A DNA stretch of 64,000 bases from Eledone cirrhosa (Eukaryota): contig OZ024740.1 of the NCBI GenBank assembly GCA_964016885.1, forward strand, positions 278,566,001 to 278,630,000, written 5' to 3'. The translations under genes were made by a program, and so were the position numbers. Position 1 is the stretch's first letter. Each line of letters opens with the position of its first letter. This document shows, piece by piece, positions 14,231 through 27,422 of this stretch. Under the pieces are notes generated by a model. The model saw nothing but the letters and a program-made list of their open reading frames with translations, had not been told where the DNA came from and did no database searches.

Positions 14231-16060
14231 GGTAACAAGGAAAAGAAAACGTACTCTGTACTACGAATTAGATTATAAGTAATTTAATTTGGTCTGCTTC
14301 AAACTCTACAAAATTCTGCAGGTGCTGTCCGTTGTTACGTTTATAAATACTTTGTTAATTGCTATCTCTAACTCATCTCTCCATAAAAGTCAGGAGAAAA
14401 TTTTACCTAATATATCCCGCTATGCCGCTTTAAACTTACTTACTTTTGGGTAATTGATGGGTAATGTATAGAATTTCGAATTTTTTCTAGAATCCCTTAA
14501 ATATCAAAATGAGAAATAAAAACTTTTCATGTGCACATATTTCTTTGGTGTTGTATAGATTAGTGAGCCTCTTTCAAACAACATGAAACGACGATATTTC
14601 AACAATTGACGTACCTCACTTCTGCTCGTGCGTATCGTCAGTGCCTGCTCACTTCTTTCGCCATTTTAGTTCATTAGCGGTACCATCATCATAGCGTGAA
14701 TCATAGTAGATGTGTATATGAAAACATATACGTTCTGCTTATGAATATTATATATATACCTAGTTACAAAAGTTTTAAGCTGTGGTCATGTCACATCTAT
14801 CTCAGTCGCTATGTGACAATGCCAGACGCTTACGTTTCGGAATTTCTATCCATCATCAGTAACGTTCACTCGGTGCTGAGGCAAGAATAAAATATAGACT
14901 GGGATGCTCATTTGCATATAGTGTGAGTTTGACTAGCTATAATTAATTAGCATAGCGTGATTCATAATAAACATGTACATGAATGTATATACGATATATG
15001 TGTGTGCAATAAACATATATAAAGTCTCGCTACGAACGTTTTAAGCTGTGATCTTTGATTTCAGTAGCTATCTCAATAACCGTGTGAGAACGCCAGACGC
15101 AAGTATTTCAGAATGTTTATCCATTGTTATACATTGTTTTCCATTTTGCGCCTTGTTTATCATGCAACATAATGACGAGTCCGTTCAGGGAATCTCTATC
15201 TGTTGTTAGACAGTGTTTTTATGCGACAATGCCAAAAATGAAAGTACTGCAATGTTCTCAACAGCTGAAGGAAGAAATTAAAATGGTAAAACTGAAGGAA
15301 AGAAAGTAATTCTTCCTTATTAATTTTCATTCGGTTGTCCGTACAGCGACTACACTAAACTGGATGTAAATATTATCAACCCAACCATGCAGCAACTATT
15401 TCGTTAACTCGTGCTGATGATTTGTTCTTTATTCTCAGTTTTGGGGCTTTTTCTCACATACCTCTAACATATCCATGATGAAACAGTTTCATCTTCCCTT
15501 TCCTCTTATCTACTCTGCCCAAATAGGACATTGTGGATCTGCCCTGCCGTTATCGTGTCTCTCACAATTCTCTAATTGCTTCATATCTTAGGGCCTTCTT
15601 CTCGTGTGTACACACTTTATTGCATTTTTTAAGGAAGTGGAGAGAATGTGTTAATTTGTCTTGAAATGGTTTCACCATTTCTCAACAAATATCGCAACAT
15701 ATTTGTCACAGAAATCAAGATCTATACAATAGAGAAAAGTTTTCCAAATCGAATGTCTCAACTAGTGCAACATGGAGAATTTATATAAACGAGATGACGA
15801 GATGTAGAAAGAGTAAACGTTCGAATGGATTGGAAATTGGGGAAAGGTGGGGAAAATGAACTATAAGTTAGGCAAGCCAGTTTAAAGCAGGTTTTTTCCT
15901 AAATATTCGACTTAATTATGCAGACGGGAGTTTTAAGATAACAGTTTACAACGCAATAGCAGACAGCAGCTGCAGAATTTTGTGAAGTTTGAAGCAGACT
16001 AAATTCAATTATTTATAATCTAATTCTAGCACTGAGTAAAATTTTCTGTTGCTTGCTACC
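14231..16060. mobile_element. Old 1.8-kb element with about 220-bp diverged terminal inverted arms, between (TG)n tracts
   Basis: 14231-14455 is inverted versus about 15870-16060 (e.g. tctgcttcaaact..caaaattctgcag / ctgcagaattttg..agtttgaagcaga); (TG)n at 14095-14225 and 16080-16222. Confidence 0.7.
14818..14866 (-). ncRNA. Type I hammerhead ribozyme
   Basis: AACGUUA CUGAUGA U GGA UAGAAAU UCC GAAAC G UAAG C GUC UGGCAUU: intact core, GUC site, wobble-rich stem I. Confidence 0.75.
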
Positions 16061-16069
16061 AGTAACCTG

Positions 16070-16223
<154 letters not shown>

Positions 16224-16576
16224 TGTCTGTCTCTGTCTCTGTCTGTGTGTGCATGTGTGCGTTTGCATTTTATATATAGTTTTTTATAATAAACTTAAAC
16301 TTAGATATATTTATATATGTGAAATATAAGGTCATATTTCGCATCTGTATATATATATATGTGTGTGTGTGTGTGTATTCATTGTGGTCTACTCTTGGTA
16401 GAAGACGACGGTGTGATCGAACCTATATATGAGCTCTGATAGTATACAGTTATATATCTGCTATAGATCAGGCAATATGACAATATGATCAACCCTCGTA
16501 AAACGATCGTAAAACAAAGATATGAATAGGTAAAATAACTTGAGTTTGTTGTTATTATTTTCATCGTTAATTTAAT

Positions 16577-16650
<74 letters not shown>

Positions 16651-16651
<1 letters not shown>

Positions 16652-17072
16652 GATATTAAACAAATGGAAACTATATTTATAAAACCATATTTATTTCGTT
16701 ATATATATTTCTGGGATATCATATTAAAAATATGTTATGCCTTCCTCAGACAAAATACAATACATAAGCTGTTTTATAAATAATTAGTGACATACCTTGT
16801 AATAATGCAACTTCCTTTTAAAAAGTTGCATTATTACAAGGTATGTCACTAATTATTTATAAAACAGCTTATGTATTGTATTTTGTCTGAGGAATGCATA
16901 ACATATTTTTAATATGATATCCCAGAAATATATATAACGAAATAAATATGGTTTTATAAATATAGTTTCCATTTGTTTAATATCGTAAACTTACTCCAGA
17001 AACTGTTGAGTGCTTTTATATCAGTTATAAAATATTTACTCGTTGTAATCCAACAATCTTAAATAAAACTTT

Positions 17073-17075
<3 letters not shown>
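16651..17075. mobile_element. Family A palindrome: 163-bp arms plus 90-nt extension, HHR in each arm
   Basis: 16651-16813 is the reverse complement of 16823-16985 (one mismatch seen). CUGAGGA..GAAA motifs at 16881-16942 (+) and 16694-16755 (-). (TA)n on both sides. Confidence 0.9.
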
Positions 17076-17107
<32 letters not shown>

Positions 17108-17343
17108 CAAATAGTCTCGCATTCTGAATATGGCGAGTGGGGAAAAGCTGTAATCAACTATCCTCATCATTTCATGACCGATGTGTATATTATATACACA
17201 TTTACGCAGTCTCGGTTAAACTTTGTGCATATATAAAGCTGGGCCTGCATGAGTTACTACTCATACAGACTCACCTTTGAATAAATTCTATTCTATTCTA
17301 CCAAACAGAATATTGGTGTATGTGGAAAGACACAAGGAAAGAG

Positions 17344-17402
<59 letters not shown>

Positions 17403-19723
17403 AAGAAAGAAGTATACTGGCAAGCTTAACCATTAGATAATTATGTTAAAAGTCAAAAGAGGAATTTATAAATGTGTAATTAGTATCAATTAGTGTCAAA
17501 TAGAATATGTGATATAGCTAATTATAATTCCTGCTAATGCTAGAAATGTTCAATGGGTATACAATCTAATTTCATGCAACTTATATGAGATCTTCACAAA
17601 AATGCATTTAAACATAAAATATAAGTAGCTAGTTATCATTAAACAATATAATTATATATTTTTCGAAATAAATCTCTTGAAAGATGAGCTTATTCGGCGC
17701 TCATTTAATAGAATTCGCCTCTCGACGCTATTCATATTCTTTAACTTGATTACGTAAATGAAAATTACATACATAAGCGCTTGACTAGAAAGTTTTCATT
17801 GTTGAGGAGACGGGGCCTTTGAAAAATGCAATATAGTGTGTACACATGAGAAGAAGGCTCTAAGACATGAATAAATTATAGAATTGTGAAAGGCACAAGA
17901 ACGGCAAGGCAGATCCACATGGTTATAGTAGCAAATAACTAGAAGTCAGCTCGGCCTTTCGAATTCTGTCTGCGATGTATTTTAATTTGTTTTATTGAGG
18001 AATACAATGCCAATAAAATTTGGATGACTGTTCTGCTTGATACTGTTGGTGTTTAGTTTGAACGTGCGACGCAGACGTGAATTTCTAAAGACATTCCTTA
18101 ACACCTCTGACCTGAACTGGTACTTTATTATATCGACTCCGAATGAAATGCAAAATTGATCTCGGTGATTTTAACTCAGATTTCAGAGAGGCGGCATGAA
18201 TAATACAAGGCATTTTATCCGACTCTGCAGCGATTTTTGATTATGCAGACCCATGATTGATTATATGTATGTTTAACAATTTGAGTTACCTGCGTTAATA
18301 GGAGGAGCAACATACTAAATATGGTTATGTTCCTAAATTAATCTGCATCTCAGAATAACTAAAACCCATAGTTTGATGACACTAATATGGGGCCTGCATT
18401 GGCAAATGGTCAACTAAATATTGAAAGTACCAATCTTAACCTAAAAGCAACATAACACTTGGAATTTGCAATGCACTCATTCCCCCCCCCTCCCCCTTTA
18501 CCAAATTATTCTGTATATTTTTTATAACTTAAAATAAATATTCGAAGAAAAAAAAAATCGAATTTGTGTGTTTTCTCTTGAATTTTTATTCAATTACAAT
18601 GTTATTTTTCTCTTGGAGGAAGAATCCAAGTCAAGCTTTCTTATTATACTTAGATTGACAATGCTTTTTGGTTTCCACTAAAGTAGTTGACATTCTTCTC
18701 GTCATGTCAGCCAAATGAAACAAAATTCCAAATCTAAGAGTAAACTTTATTTCTTTCTAATGCAATTTATTTACTTGAGTTTTTTTGTAATAGCGTGCTT
18801 GATTGCCATAGCTGGATGTATCGATATACTGCGTTTGTGGTTACTAATCAAAGGATCCGTAGTTCACATTCCATTTGTGGCATCGTGCTGAGTTTGTGGC
18901 TAAGGCAACTTATAAAACACCTGTAGCATAATTACAATGTATAGCACAACATATCGCTGTAGAATGCGAGAATATATATTTTTAGTGTTTCCTCAAATTA
19001 TAGCGGGTGTTCAGTTATCTCTGGCTGAGTTGCCTTAAATATATCAATAGGAATAATAATCCTCAAGTGGTATCTTAAAAACTCATCCTAGGAGTGGAAT
19101 GATGAAGTGGATATGATAATAAACAACCAGGAGAAATGTCTGAAAGATGTTGATGTTCGTATCTGCAGCATATGTTTTCTTTTACTTATTTGGACTGTAA
19201 CATTCAGCTCATTTAACGTTACAGGCACCCGGTTCAACAAACTCTCGAGAATATATTCCATACTTCCTGAGTATATTACCTGAGTTAGACAAAATTACTA
19301 ACCGAAATACGTTATATTTCTTTCCTAGTCAGTTCCATGAAACCCGATCTTAGCAGTGATATTTAAACGGCTCTTTGGAGAAGGAATCATTTACATTACT
19401 TTGATCCCACAAATTAAACAATTCACAGACACATTTAAGGTTAGGATCTCAACATATCTATAAATAATCAAAGAACGCCTCCGATATTTTAATTGATCCA
19501 GATTGTTTAAATATATACTTCAACTGAAGTACATTTTGCTCTTCGTATGACTGAATTCGTCATTCTAAGTTTTCTGCCAAACAGATTTTTAATACAGTGC
19601 TAATATGTAACTGTTTTACCTATTCCAGCCATCCGGCTGAGGCCATGCTGAGACACCGCCCTTAGAAAAAGAGTTTCTTCAAATCGATTCACTCAAAGCT
19701 AAGTTGAAACCAAAAGTTAGAGA

Positions 19724-19794
19724 TGCATCGGCCGGGAATCGAACCCGGGCCGCCCGCGTGGCAGGGGAACATTCTACCACTGAACCACCGATGC
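19724..19794 (-). tRNA. trnG-GCC: tRNA-Gly(GCC), anticodon stem with two substitutions (possible pseudogene)
   Basis: GCATCGGTGGTTCAGTGGTAGAATGTTCCCCTGCCACGCGGGCGGCCCGGGTTCGATTCCCGGCCGATGCA, 71 nt. Acceptor, D and T arms and A/B boxes are intact; TTTT lies 8 nt downstream. Confidence 0.92.
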
Positions 19795-19996
19795 TGTAAG
19801 CGGATATTAAACCATATCTACTTCTGTTCTTAAGATATTTAAACAAATGTGTTTTTAGAGGTGTTATCACTAACAGAAAACAACTTGCTACAAATTGTGA
19901 GGGTATATAATCAATTTATTATACCTTCATCTCATCTATTAAGATATGAATTGGCTTCTTAGAACGCTGTTGTTGGGAATTTAACCATTCATAATA

Positions 19997-20205
19997 TCTA
20001 CTTTAGTCATAAGGCCAACAATTTGAGAGGAAATGGAATGTCGATTAAATCGACCCCAGTAATTAATTAGTACTTTATGTTATCGACCCCTGAAGGATGA
20101 AAGGCACAGTTAACCTTGGTGGGTTTGGAATTCGGAAATGTAAAGAGTCAGAACAAATACCGCAAAGGAAATTTATTCGACGTTCTATTAATTCTACCAT
20201 TCCTC
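19997..20205 (-). mobile_element. Nin/Deu-core SINE, diverged
   Basis: tactttatgttatcgacccctgaaggatgaaaggca core in reverse orientation. Confidence 0.75.
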
Positions 20206-21021
20206 CAGGCCCCGCACCTCAAATTTAACCATACATAATGATATCAACTTTGCAAATATTCTTACATCTCTTTTAAAAACCTGTTTTCTCTTACAAAGTT
20301 AACATTTCATCGTATTATTACAATATATTATTGTATTATTACAATATCCATTGGCTCGGGAGTTCAGGAGCTGTGGAGAATGTGGAGTTACTTCTTAATT
20401 GTTATCACTCCCAGATCTGCGTTGGCCCGGAGCAGTAGTACCTGTTAAGGCCCCATTTATGGGTTAAATAATTACCTTACTTGTGTGGCGCCGGTAAGGT
20501 ATTATCAACCATTGAAAACAAAAAGAAAGAATTGTTAATATTAATGTAAATGTTCTGTGTGATACCAAGGAGGCATTGCCCTAAATTCTGAGAATTGTAC
20601 TTAATTAAACCTTCTTTTGAAAAGAGTCTTATGCTTCATTAGGAAAGCGCTAATATATCATACTGTTACAACAAAAATTTCTAATCCCAATCTAAGAAAT
20701 AAAAGAATATATATTCTCGAATTAGAGGTTGTTAATTAGTATTGTTATCGATTAGCAAAAAGTACATTCTGATGAAGCAGAGCTATAATCAAAGTCTTGT
20801 CGGCAATGACCCGCTTCTCTCTCTTTTTTGAGACCACATTATTCTGGGCTACATTATCCAACGTGTTCTTTTTGATGTTGTGGTTTGAGTTCATAATCTT
20901 TTAGCACTTTGTCTATGATTGAGCTTCACTTTTACAAATCTATTTATTTAGTAATCAGTGCTTATTAACCTGAAATGGTGTTATCAAATCCCTTGTATCT
21001 ACTTTAAATAATCTCAACAAA

Positions 21022-21392
<371 letters not shown>

Positions 21393-21508
21393 GAGTTAGC
21401 CCTGGAATGTAAGCTCCAAGTAAGATGGTATGTGATGTTATTATCTTGGAGGTCCCAGATGTGGCCCGAAAGTGTAGTGGCATGTCACCGGGCCGGGTTT
21501 CTGAACGT

Positions 21509-22303
21509 ACTGTAACATCCTTCTTTTCCTCACTTACCGAACAAGATAGGGGAAACCCCAGCATACATAGGTAGATGTACTTCTTTTCTTTTTTCCCTTT
21601 ATCTCTTCTTCTCACCTGCTTCCACTCCCTCTCTCTCCTCTTCCTTTTCCTTTTTCCTCTTTCGCTTACCCTGAAGCAACCCATCGGGCTTTTGTAGCCT
21701 CAGCATCCCCACCCCAGTAAATTCTATATAGCATTGGCCGAAAACGCTAAAAATATACCAGCTGTTTTAGACTCTAGTTTTTTTTTATATTATTTTTATT
21801 TATTATATTTTATATTTTTAAAATCATTTTTTTTTTTTTTATTTATTTTATAACTTCCCACTCTCAGATTACTCCAGAATTCTTTTTTCGCCTGCTTTCT
21901 AGCTAGCCTTATTTCATCCACACTATTGTTGTGTTTACAAGAAATTTTGACTAATCTTTTTGACAACTACAATCTTCCCATATATGGAATTACCCCTTGA
22001 AAAGTTCGGCTATTTATTACCACGCTAAAAATCTAATTTAGTCCAGAAATAGCCGTCGAAATGGGTTGAGCTCTGCTGTCGGGGTCTTGAACATTTTCCT
22101 ATTACCCACTCTACTACCCTAAGTATTAACGAAGGAAGTGTGGTAAGGAACCAGGTGGACCATAACGCACCAGAGTGCTCAATACTTAGGGTAGTAGAGT
22201 GGGTAATAGGAAAATGTTCAAGACCCCCGACAGCAGATCCCAAGCCGTTTCGACGGCTATTTCTGGACTAAATTAGATTTTTAGCGTGGTAATAAATAGC
22301 TGA

Positions 22304-22308
<5 letters not shown>
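21509..22308 (+). mobile_element. Family B PLE 3' UTR copy with inverted terminal duplication
   Basis: 21509-22100 is colinear with 54428-55151; 22002-22127 is inverted versus 22181-22308; (TA)n follows. Confidence 0.8.
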
Positions 22309-22344
<36 letters not shown>

Positions 22345-22347
<3 letters not shown>

Positions 22348-22617
22348 ATAAGCAACATAAGATAATTATTTCATTTACCAAAGGTTTCACGAAGACAGAC
22401 GAGCTTGGCACACACGTCTGCCTTCAATCACCAGAATGAAATTTAATTCTGACGATTGAAGGCAGACGTATGTGCCAAGCTCGTCTTACTTCGTGAAACC
22501 TTTGATAAATGAAATAATTATCTTATGTTGTTTGTTGTTTATTACATAACTAAAAAGCTCTGTAGCCTACATAGAGCACTCTCTTTTCCTTTACCTTTCC
22601 TACGGAAATACTTCAAT
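22345..22617. mobile_element. Family C palindrome of two back-to-back type I hammerheads plus about 70-nt extension
   Basis: Centre at 22441/22442. Plus arm CUGACGA U UGAAG GC AGACG..CGUCU UA CUUCG U GAAAC CUUU GAUA (22441-22515); minus arm (22368-22442) has 8-bp stem I AUUUCAUU/AAUGAAAU. Confidence 0.85.
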
Positions 22618-22850
22618 TATATATATATATATATATATGTCAACATTTCATAATTTACTTCTTTTCTTACCATTATATATATTTCGGTTATAGTCACAAT
22701 TCAATAGCTATGACCTCTTCAGACAGTTAGAAGCAACACATAGAAAACCTAAGGTCTATCTTGGAGAAATTAATATCAGAGATAAAGTTTTCATCGGTTA
22801 GTTTTACTTTCTGATTTTTTCATTTAATATTATATGAATGGACCAGTTAT

Positions 22851-22990
22851 TTTTATCTAAAGACATTTTTTCCAATTCCACCCCGCCCGCCCCTTAAATC
22901 GATCTAATTTCTTATTCTTCCTGCTATTTCAAGCGTTAACCTAATATATTCCTTCCGATTGTGTTGTCATTTCTGTTTACCTTTTAAATA
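22851..22990 (+). mobile_element. Second copy of the 9125-9305 element, hammerhead deleted
   Basis: Shares ttttatctaaagacatt, cccgcc..cccttaa, tcttcctgctat and gattgtgttgt..ttctgtttaccttt with the 9125 copy. Confidence 0.7.
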
Positions 22991-23631
22991 TATATATACA
23001 ATTTTTTACAATTTTTTACAATTTCTATATACCAAATAATACTCACAAAATTTGGCCAACCTAGACAATGGGTGAAGAGGCAAGAATGCCAGTGCAAATA
23101 TTGGATTTATATTCTATTGGTCTTTGCCAAATGAAAGTCAAAAATTAACTTAACCTTGAATACTTTTAGCGTAGTTTGTTGCAAGCATTCGTGTTTAGGT
23201 GTTTTGATTTTTAGATAACTTCCTCTTCCCATCCAATTATTTCTGGAAACACTAGAAAGAGTCATGAGCGCGGCCCTTCCTTCCCTGAAAGTAGTACAAA
23301 AAGAAACGTACGTAGCAAAATTTGATGTTATTCAAATTGCTCTATTAATGGATAATGGACGGTGAATAGCCAGAGACTTTAGGCATCGGATTAAACGTAT
23401 CAGTATTTGTTCCGGCTCACTGCGCTTTGATTTCAAATCCCAGCGAGGTCAACTTGGCCTTCTATCTCTTCGAAGTCGATAAAGAAAGTACCAATACAGG
23501 AATCAATACTTCCTCTGTCTCACTTTCTCTCGAAGAAATCGGCTGTGTTCAGACCTGCAGAAGGATGGAATTCGCCTGGCTTAAACTGACCTAGACATGC
23601 CATGTGTTAGAATGGTGTCATTATTACTCAA

Positions 23632-23770
23632 ACGTCGGCCCTTTATGATCTGAGTTCAAATCTCGCCGAGGTTAACTTTGCCTTCCATCCTTACGGGGTC
23701 GATAAAATAAAGTACCAGTTATGCACTGGGATAATTGCTGGCCTTGTGCCAAAAGTAGAAACAATTATTA
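23632..23770 (+). mobile_element. Nin/Deu-core SINE (older copy also at about 23375-23495)
   Basis: ctgagttcaaatctcgccgaggttaactttgccttccatccttacggggtcgataaaataaagtaccag...gtagaaacaatt. Confidence 0.85.
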
Positions 23771-24386
23771 CTCAACGTAAATTATGGCCTTTTGTCTTTC
23801 CTTTCCGCCCTGTTAATCGCTAATGAAAGCTTATCACTTTCTTGATTCGGCGAAATCAAATGAATCGATACAAGGCAGTTATTTGTGACGTTACTAGAAA
23901 TAACCCTGACTTTATACTTTACTTTATACGTTTTTTTAATAAATTAAAATATCAAGCTATATATATTTTTCAGTTGAAATACAATACTTCTACCGATCAC
24001 ACCATATTCTGAAAATATCGATATTATCGATCAGCAAATATTCGATAACATATCCAAAACTATAGATATATACTTTGTGACAGTACATTAAAATGCTGAA
24101 TCATACCAAAATAAAACGAGAATTGCAATTGGTTTGGTTCCTGAAGCTTAATAAATCAATGTAAAATTTAATTTGTAGTAATATAAGTCAGCATTGTTTT
24201 ACTTGACGTATAACTAACTTTCATGAAACTTGAAATTTTGGATATGTATAAACTAATAACTTCATCAGCACAGCACCGTACAGATAATATAGATCAATAT
24301 ATACATGTATATATACACACAGAGCTTGTTTCTCTTCATCTCCTTCTTTCTCTACGTGTTTCTTTTTTTCTTTTTCTGCAACTCAT

Positions 24387-24424
<38 letters not shown>

Positions 24425-24431
<7 letters not shown>

Positions 24432-24640
24432 ATACTTTGGGAGGGTCATGTTGCCAATAAGAAACACACGCACCAGTTGCTTTCACTCCAATTTATTATA
24501 AATTAAATTTATAATAAATTGGAGTGAAAGCAACTGGTGCGTGTGTTTCTTATTGGCAACATGACCCTCCCAAAGTATAACAATATCGGTTTCAACACAC
24601 GTTTTCCGATAAAGAATCTTGCTAAACAAATTCAAAAACG

Positions 24641-24642
<2 letters not shown>
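24425..24642. mobile_element. Family D palindrome: 79-bp arms plus 57-nt extension between (TA)n tracts
   Basis: 24425-24503 is the reverse complement of 24507-24585; the long arm matches the 3' end of the PLE remnant at 13590-13712. Confidence 0.9.
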
Positions 24643-24703
<61 letters not shown>

Positions 24704-24704
<1 letters not shown>

Positions 24705-25079
24705 GAGGGCAATCCCAAAAGTAAGGTCTCCTTTCGATTGCAACTTTTCCGTTAAAATCCTGTGGAAGGTGCTTCGGGAAACCTCAGGAACCAAAATGCA
24801 GAGACCATCCAGAGTGATCCGCCGATCTTTACGCATGTTTTCCTCGTAAGGAGACCTTACTTATGGGACTGCCCTCTATATAATAACTGCGTGAAATTCG
24901 CACTTGGCGGTAGCGTTCAACGGGAGCTCCATTCTCAACGGCTGCCAAACCAAGATTGAGCATCCCAGCGAAGCACGTGCATGCTTGTTTGTGAGTGAAG
25001 GAGGCACCAATCACAATAGTGTTGCCAACAGCCGTACGAACAGTTTCTCTGCGTCCCCATCGCTTTTGAGACCTTACTT
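24704..25079 (-). mobile_element. Internally deleted Tc1/mariner pieces
   Basis: TIRs cgagggcaatcccaaaagtaaggtctc (24704-24730) / gagaccttacttatgggactgccctc (24851-24876); a third partial TIR at 25068-25079; transposase HTH remnant MRKDRRITLDGLCILVPEVSRSTFHRILTEKL. Confidence 0.75.
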
Positions 25080-25169
25080 ATATATACACACACATATATA
25101 TATACACACACACACACACATATATACACACACACACACATATATATTTATACTTACACACACATACGC

Positions 25170-25215
<46 letters not shown>

Positions 25216-25235
25216 GTGTATGTGTGTAAGTATAA

Positions 25236-25291
<56 letters not shown>

Positions 25292-25329
25292 GTGTGTGTA
25301 TATATACATTTATATATGTATATATATAT

Positions 25330-25798
25330 GCCACGTATGGTCCCTCAAGGACTCAACTATAGACTACTCCATTCAATGTAAAGCCATCACTAAGTCCAAG
25401 CTATACGCAATGGGAAATCCGACGTGTGGCTTATGTATTGACGAAAGAATAACTATTCTAAAGAGATTACGCAATAGTGATTGCCTAAACACGAGAAATG
25501 AATTTTTCACACGTTGTCCACACGTCGCCAAAAACCTATTGCATAACTACAAGGCTCCGGACTGATTCTTTGTAATTTTATTTTCAACTAAAAACTTTTC
25601 GGACTTTCGCAATTATCTCCCTCACACCTCTCGCACGCATTCTAGTATTGCCTGTGTGAAGTTACCGGGTTTCTGCGCATGCGCGTTCGTACGGTTGTCC
25701 TTCCTGTTCCTATAATCATGCCCATTCCGAGCTGAGGATCCGCTAAGGTGAAACAATTGTTCTCGGTATGGTGAACTAACTGTTGTGTAACCACTTCT
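25330..25798 (+). mobile_element. 5'-truncated Naiad-like PLE (GIY-YIG C-terminus, 3' UTR, HHR) within (TA)n
   Basis: HVWSLKD..YSIQ..CGLCIDE..LNTRNEFFTRCPH: the CxxC..LNxRxE..CxH end of this PLE endonuclease type; stop at 25565. Confidence 0.8.
25722..25771 (+). ncRNA. Type I hammerhead ribozyme
   Basis: CCAUUCCGAG CUGAGGA U CC GCUAA GG U GAAAC AAUU GUU CUCGGUAUGG: 9-bp stem I with one U-U, palindromic stem III AACAAUUGUU. Confidence 0.85.
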
Positions 25799-26229
25799 AT
25801 ATATATATATATTATTTTTTTCTTTAGGTCGTTTTCGAAGCCTCAACAATGCAGATGGGTAATTCTCCGGGTAACGAGATCCGGTAGTGAAGAGAGAGAT
25901 GTAAGTGAATGTAGAATGAGATGTATAGTGTGTAGAAGAACGTAGGAAAGAGCGTAAAAAATAAGAATAATAACACGAGATAGACTTACATTGGGAGAGA
26001 TTTAATTGTCCCTATATATTTCGGATTCACATCCATCAACTGGGGGGGAGGGTTCCGGGGGGGGGGGAGGTTATCTGTCGGAAAGGTGCGAAACGTGTCC
26101 TCCGCTGTTCGTTGTTTTGAATATCTGAGGTATTTCGCGCGCGCGTGAAATGGGGTCAGTCAAGTAGAGGTCGGCGGCCGAAATAGTTATTTTAATTGTG
26201 GGAGTGGGGTGGCGTTAGCTATCAATCCA

Positions 26230-27385
26230 TTGTATTATCTGCCCGTGCTGCCTAAAAAACGATGTCATCCCCACCACCATCGGGAACATCCAGGAAGCCT
26301 ACGTACACCACTAGCCGCATACATCGCACGTGTATCAAACAGATCCTGAGACATCTCAACCGCCAATTACACATCCATAACGGACACATCCGACGACTTG
26401 CTCCTTAAAATCACTAAAGCAATCGACCAGTGCTACCACTCCAGAGTCCAACACGGGAAAAAACGGCTCAAGCGGAAATATGAGTGGATCTTGTCTAAAC
26501 TCCGCAACGAGAACACCGACACTAACAAACAGACAGACCAGAACCAAGTGGAAAACAACAACGTAACAACCGCCGCCGCCGCCGCATCCACCAACACTGA
26601 GCCACACCTCAACGATGCGACACACTTGGTCACCGACCTAACCGACACTCTCACGAGCGACGAGCTAAAACTCCTACACCTCGGACCTAAGTTCATCGTC
26701 TCACAACGACTCGACGACAGACTCAAACTCGACATCGAAGCCAACTTCTGTCGAGCCGCCTACCAACTTAAATGGGTGACCGCCATCAACAACGCCACGG
26801 AAAATAACAGCACCCACTCAACCCACCCCAAGTTCCCCACTTACCACCCTGACAACCCACTCCAGCCCCCACCCATCAACCACGAACTCGACACTAAACT
26901 CATCAGGCTAAAACACTCCATCTCGGATATTCTTCACAAACACACACACGCACAACACAGAACCTCACCAAATCTCAACTCACCACTCTCTCCAACCTGA
27001 AATCGAAGAACCTCATCTACCTCCCCTCCGACAAGGGAAAATAATTCTGTATCATCGGCAGAGAGGCCTACAACACCCTGGCCCTGCAACACCTTGACGA
27101 TTACAACCTATACTCCAAGGTCACGGGAATCACTCCCGCGCAGATAGAGGAGCAAATCAACGCCGCCTGGACCAACATCTGCGATCGGCGGAAGCTCCCA
27201 AAGAAGCTGAGATACAACCTCCTCACGAGGAACAGCAGACTACCCGCCTTCTACCACCTCGTGAAAACACACAAACAGGGACTCGACCTGAAGATCAGAG
27301 CCATTGTATCGAGCGTGGAAGGACCGCTCTACAAAATTTCATGGCTCCTAGCCAGAATACTCAAACCCATCCTAGACACCTTTCC
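26230..27385 (+). pseudogene. Penelope-like reverse transcriptase, N-terminal half, frameshifted and truncated
   Basis: LTSDELKLLHLGPKF (ORF 26398), then after a frameshift near 27000: YLPSDKG*, RLPAFYHLVKTHK, IRAIVSSVEGPLYKISWLLARILKP. Confidence 0.85.
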
Positions 27386-27422
27386 GTTATACGATCTAGC
27401 CATGAACCACCTAATAGAATAT

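Noticed and set aside
20769-20800. CTGATGA AGC AGA GCT as a hammerhead
   Set aside because: No GAAA and no stem I/III. Similar partial motifs at about 4295-4330(-), 9950-9990(-), 13755-13790(+) and 48828(+) are too degenerate to call.
25566-25720. SECIS element downstream of the Naiad-like ORF (some Naiads are reported to encode selenocysteine)
   Set aside because: No RUGAN..AA..GA stem-loop found by eye here or after 54421; SECISearch would be needed.
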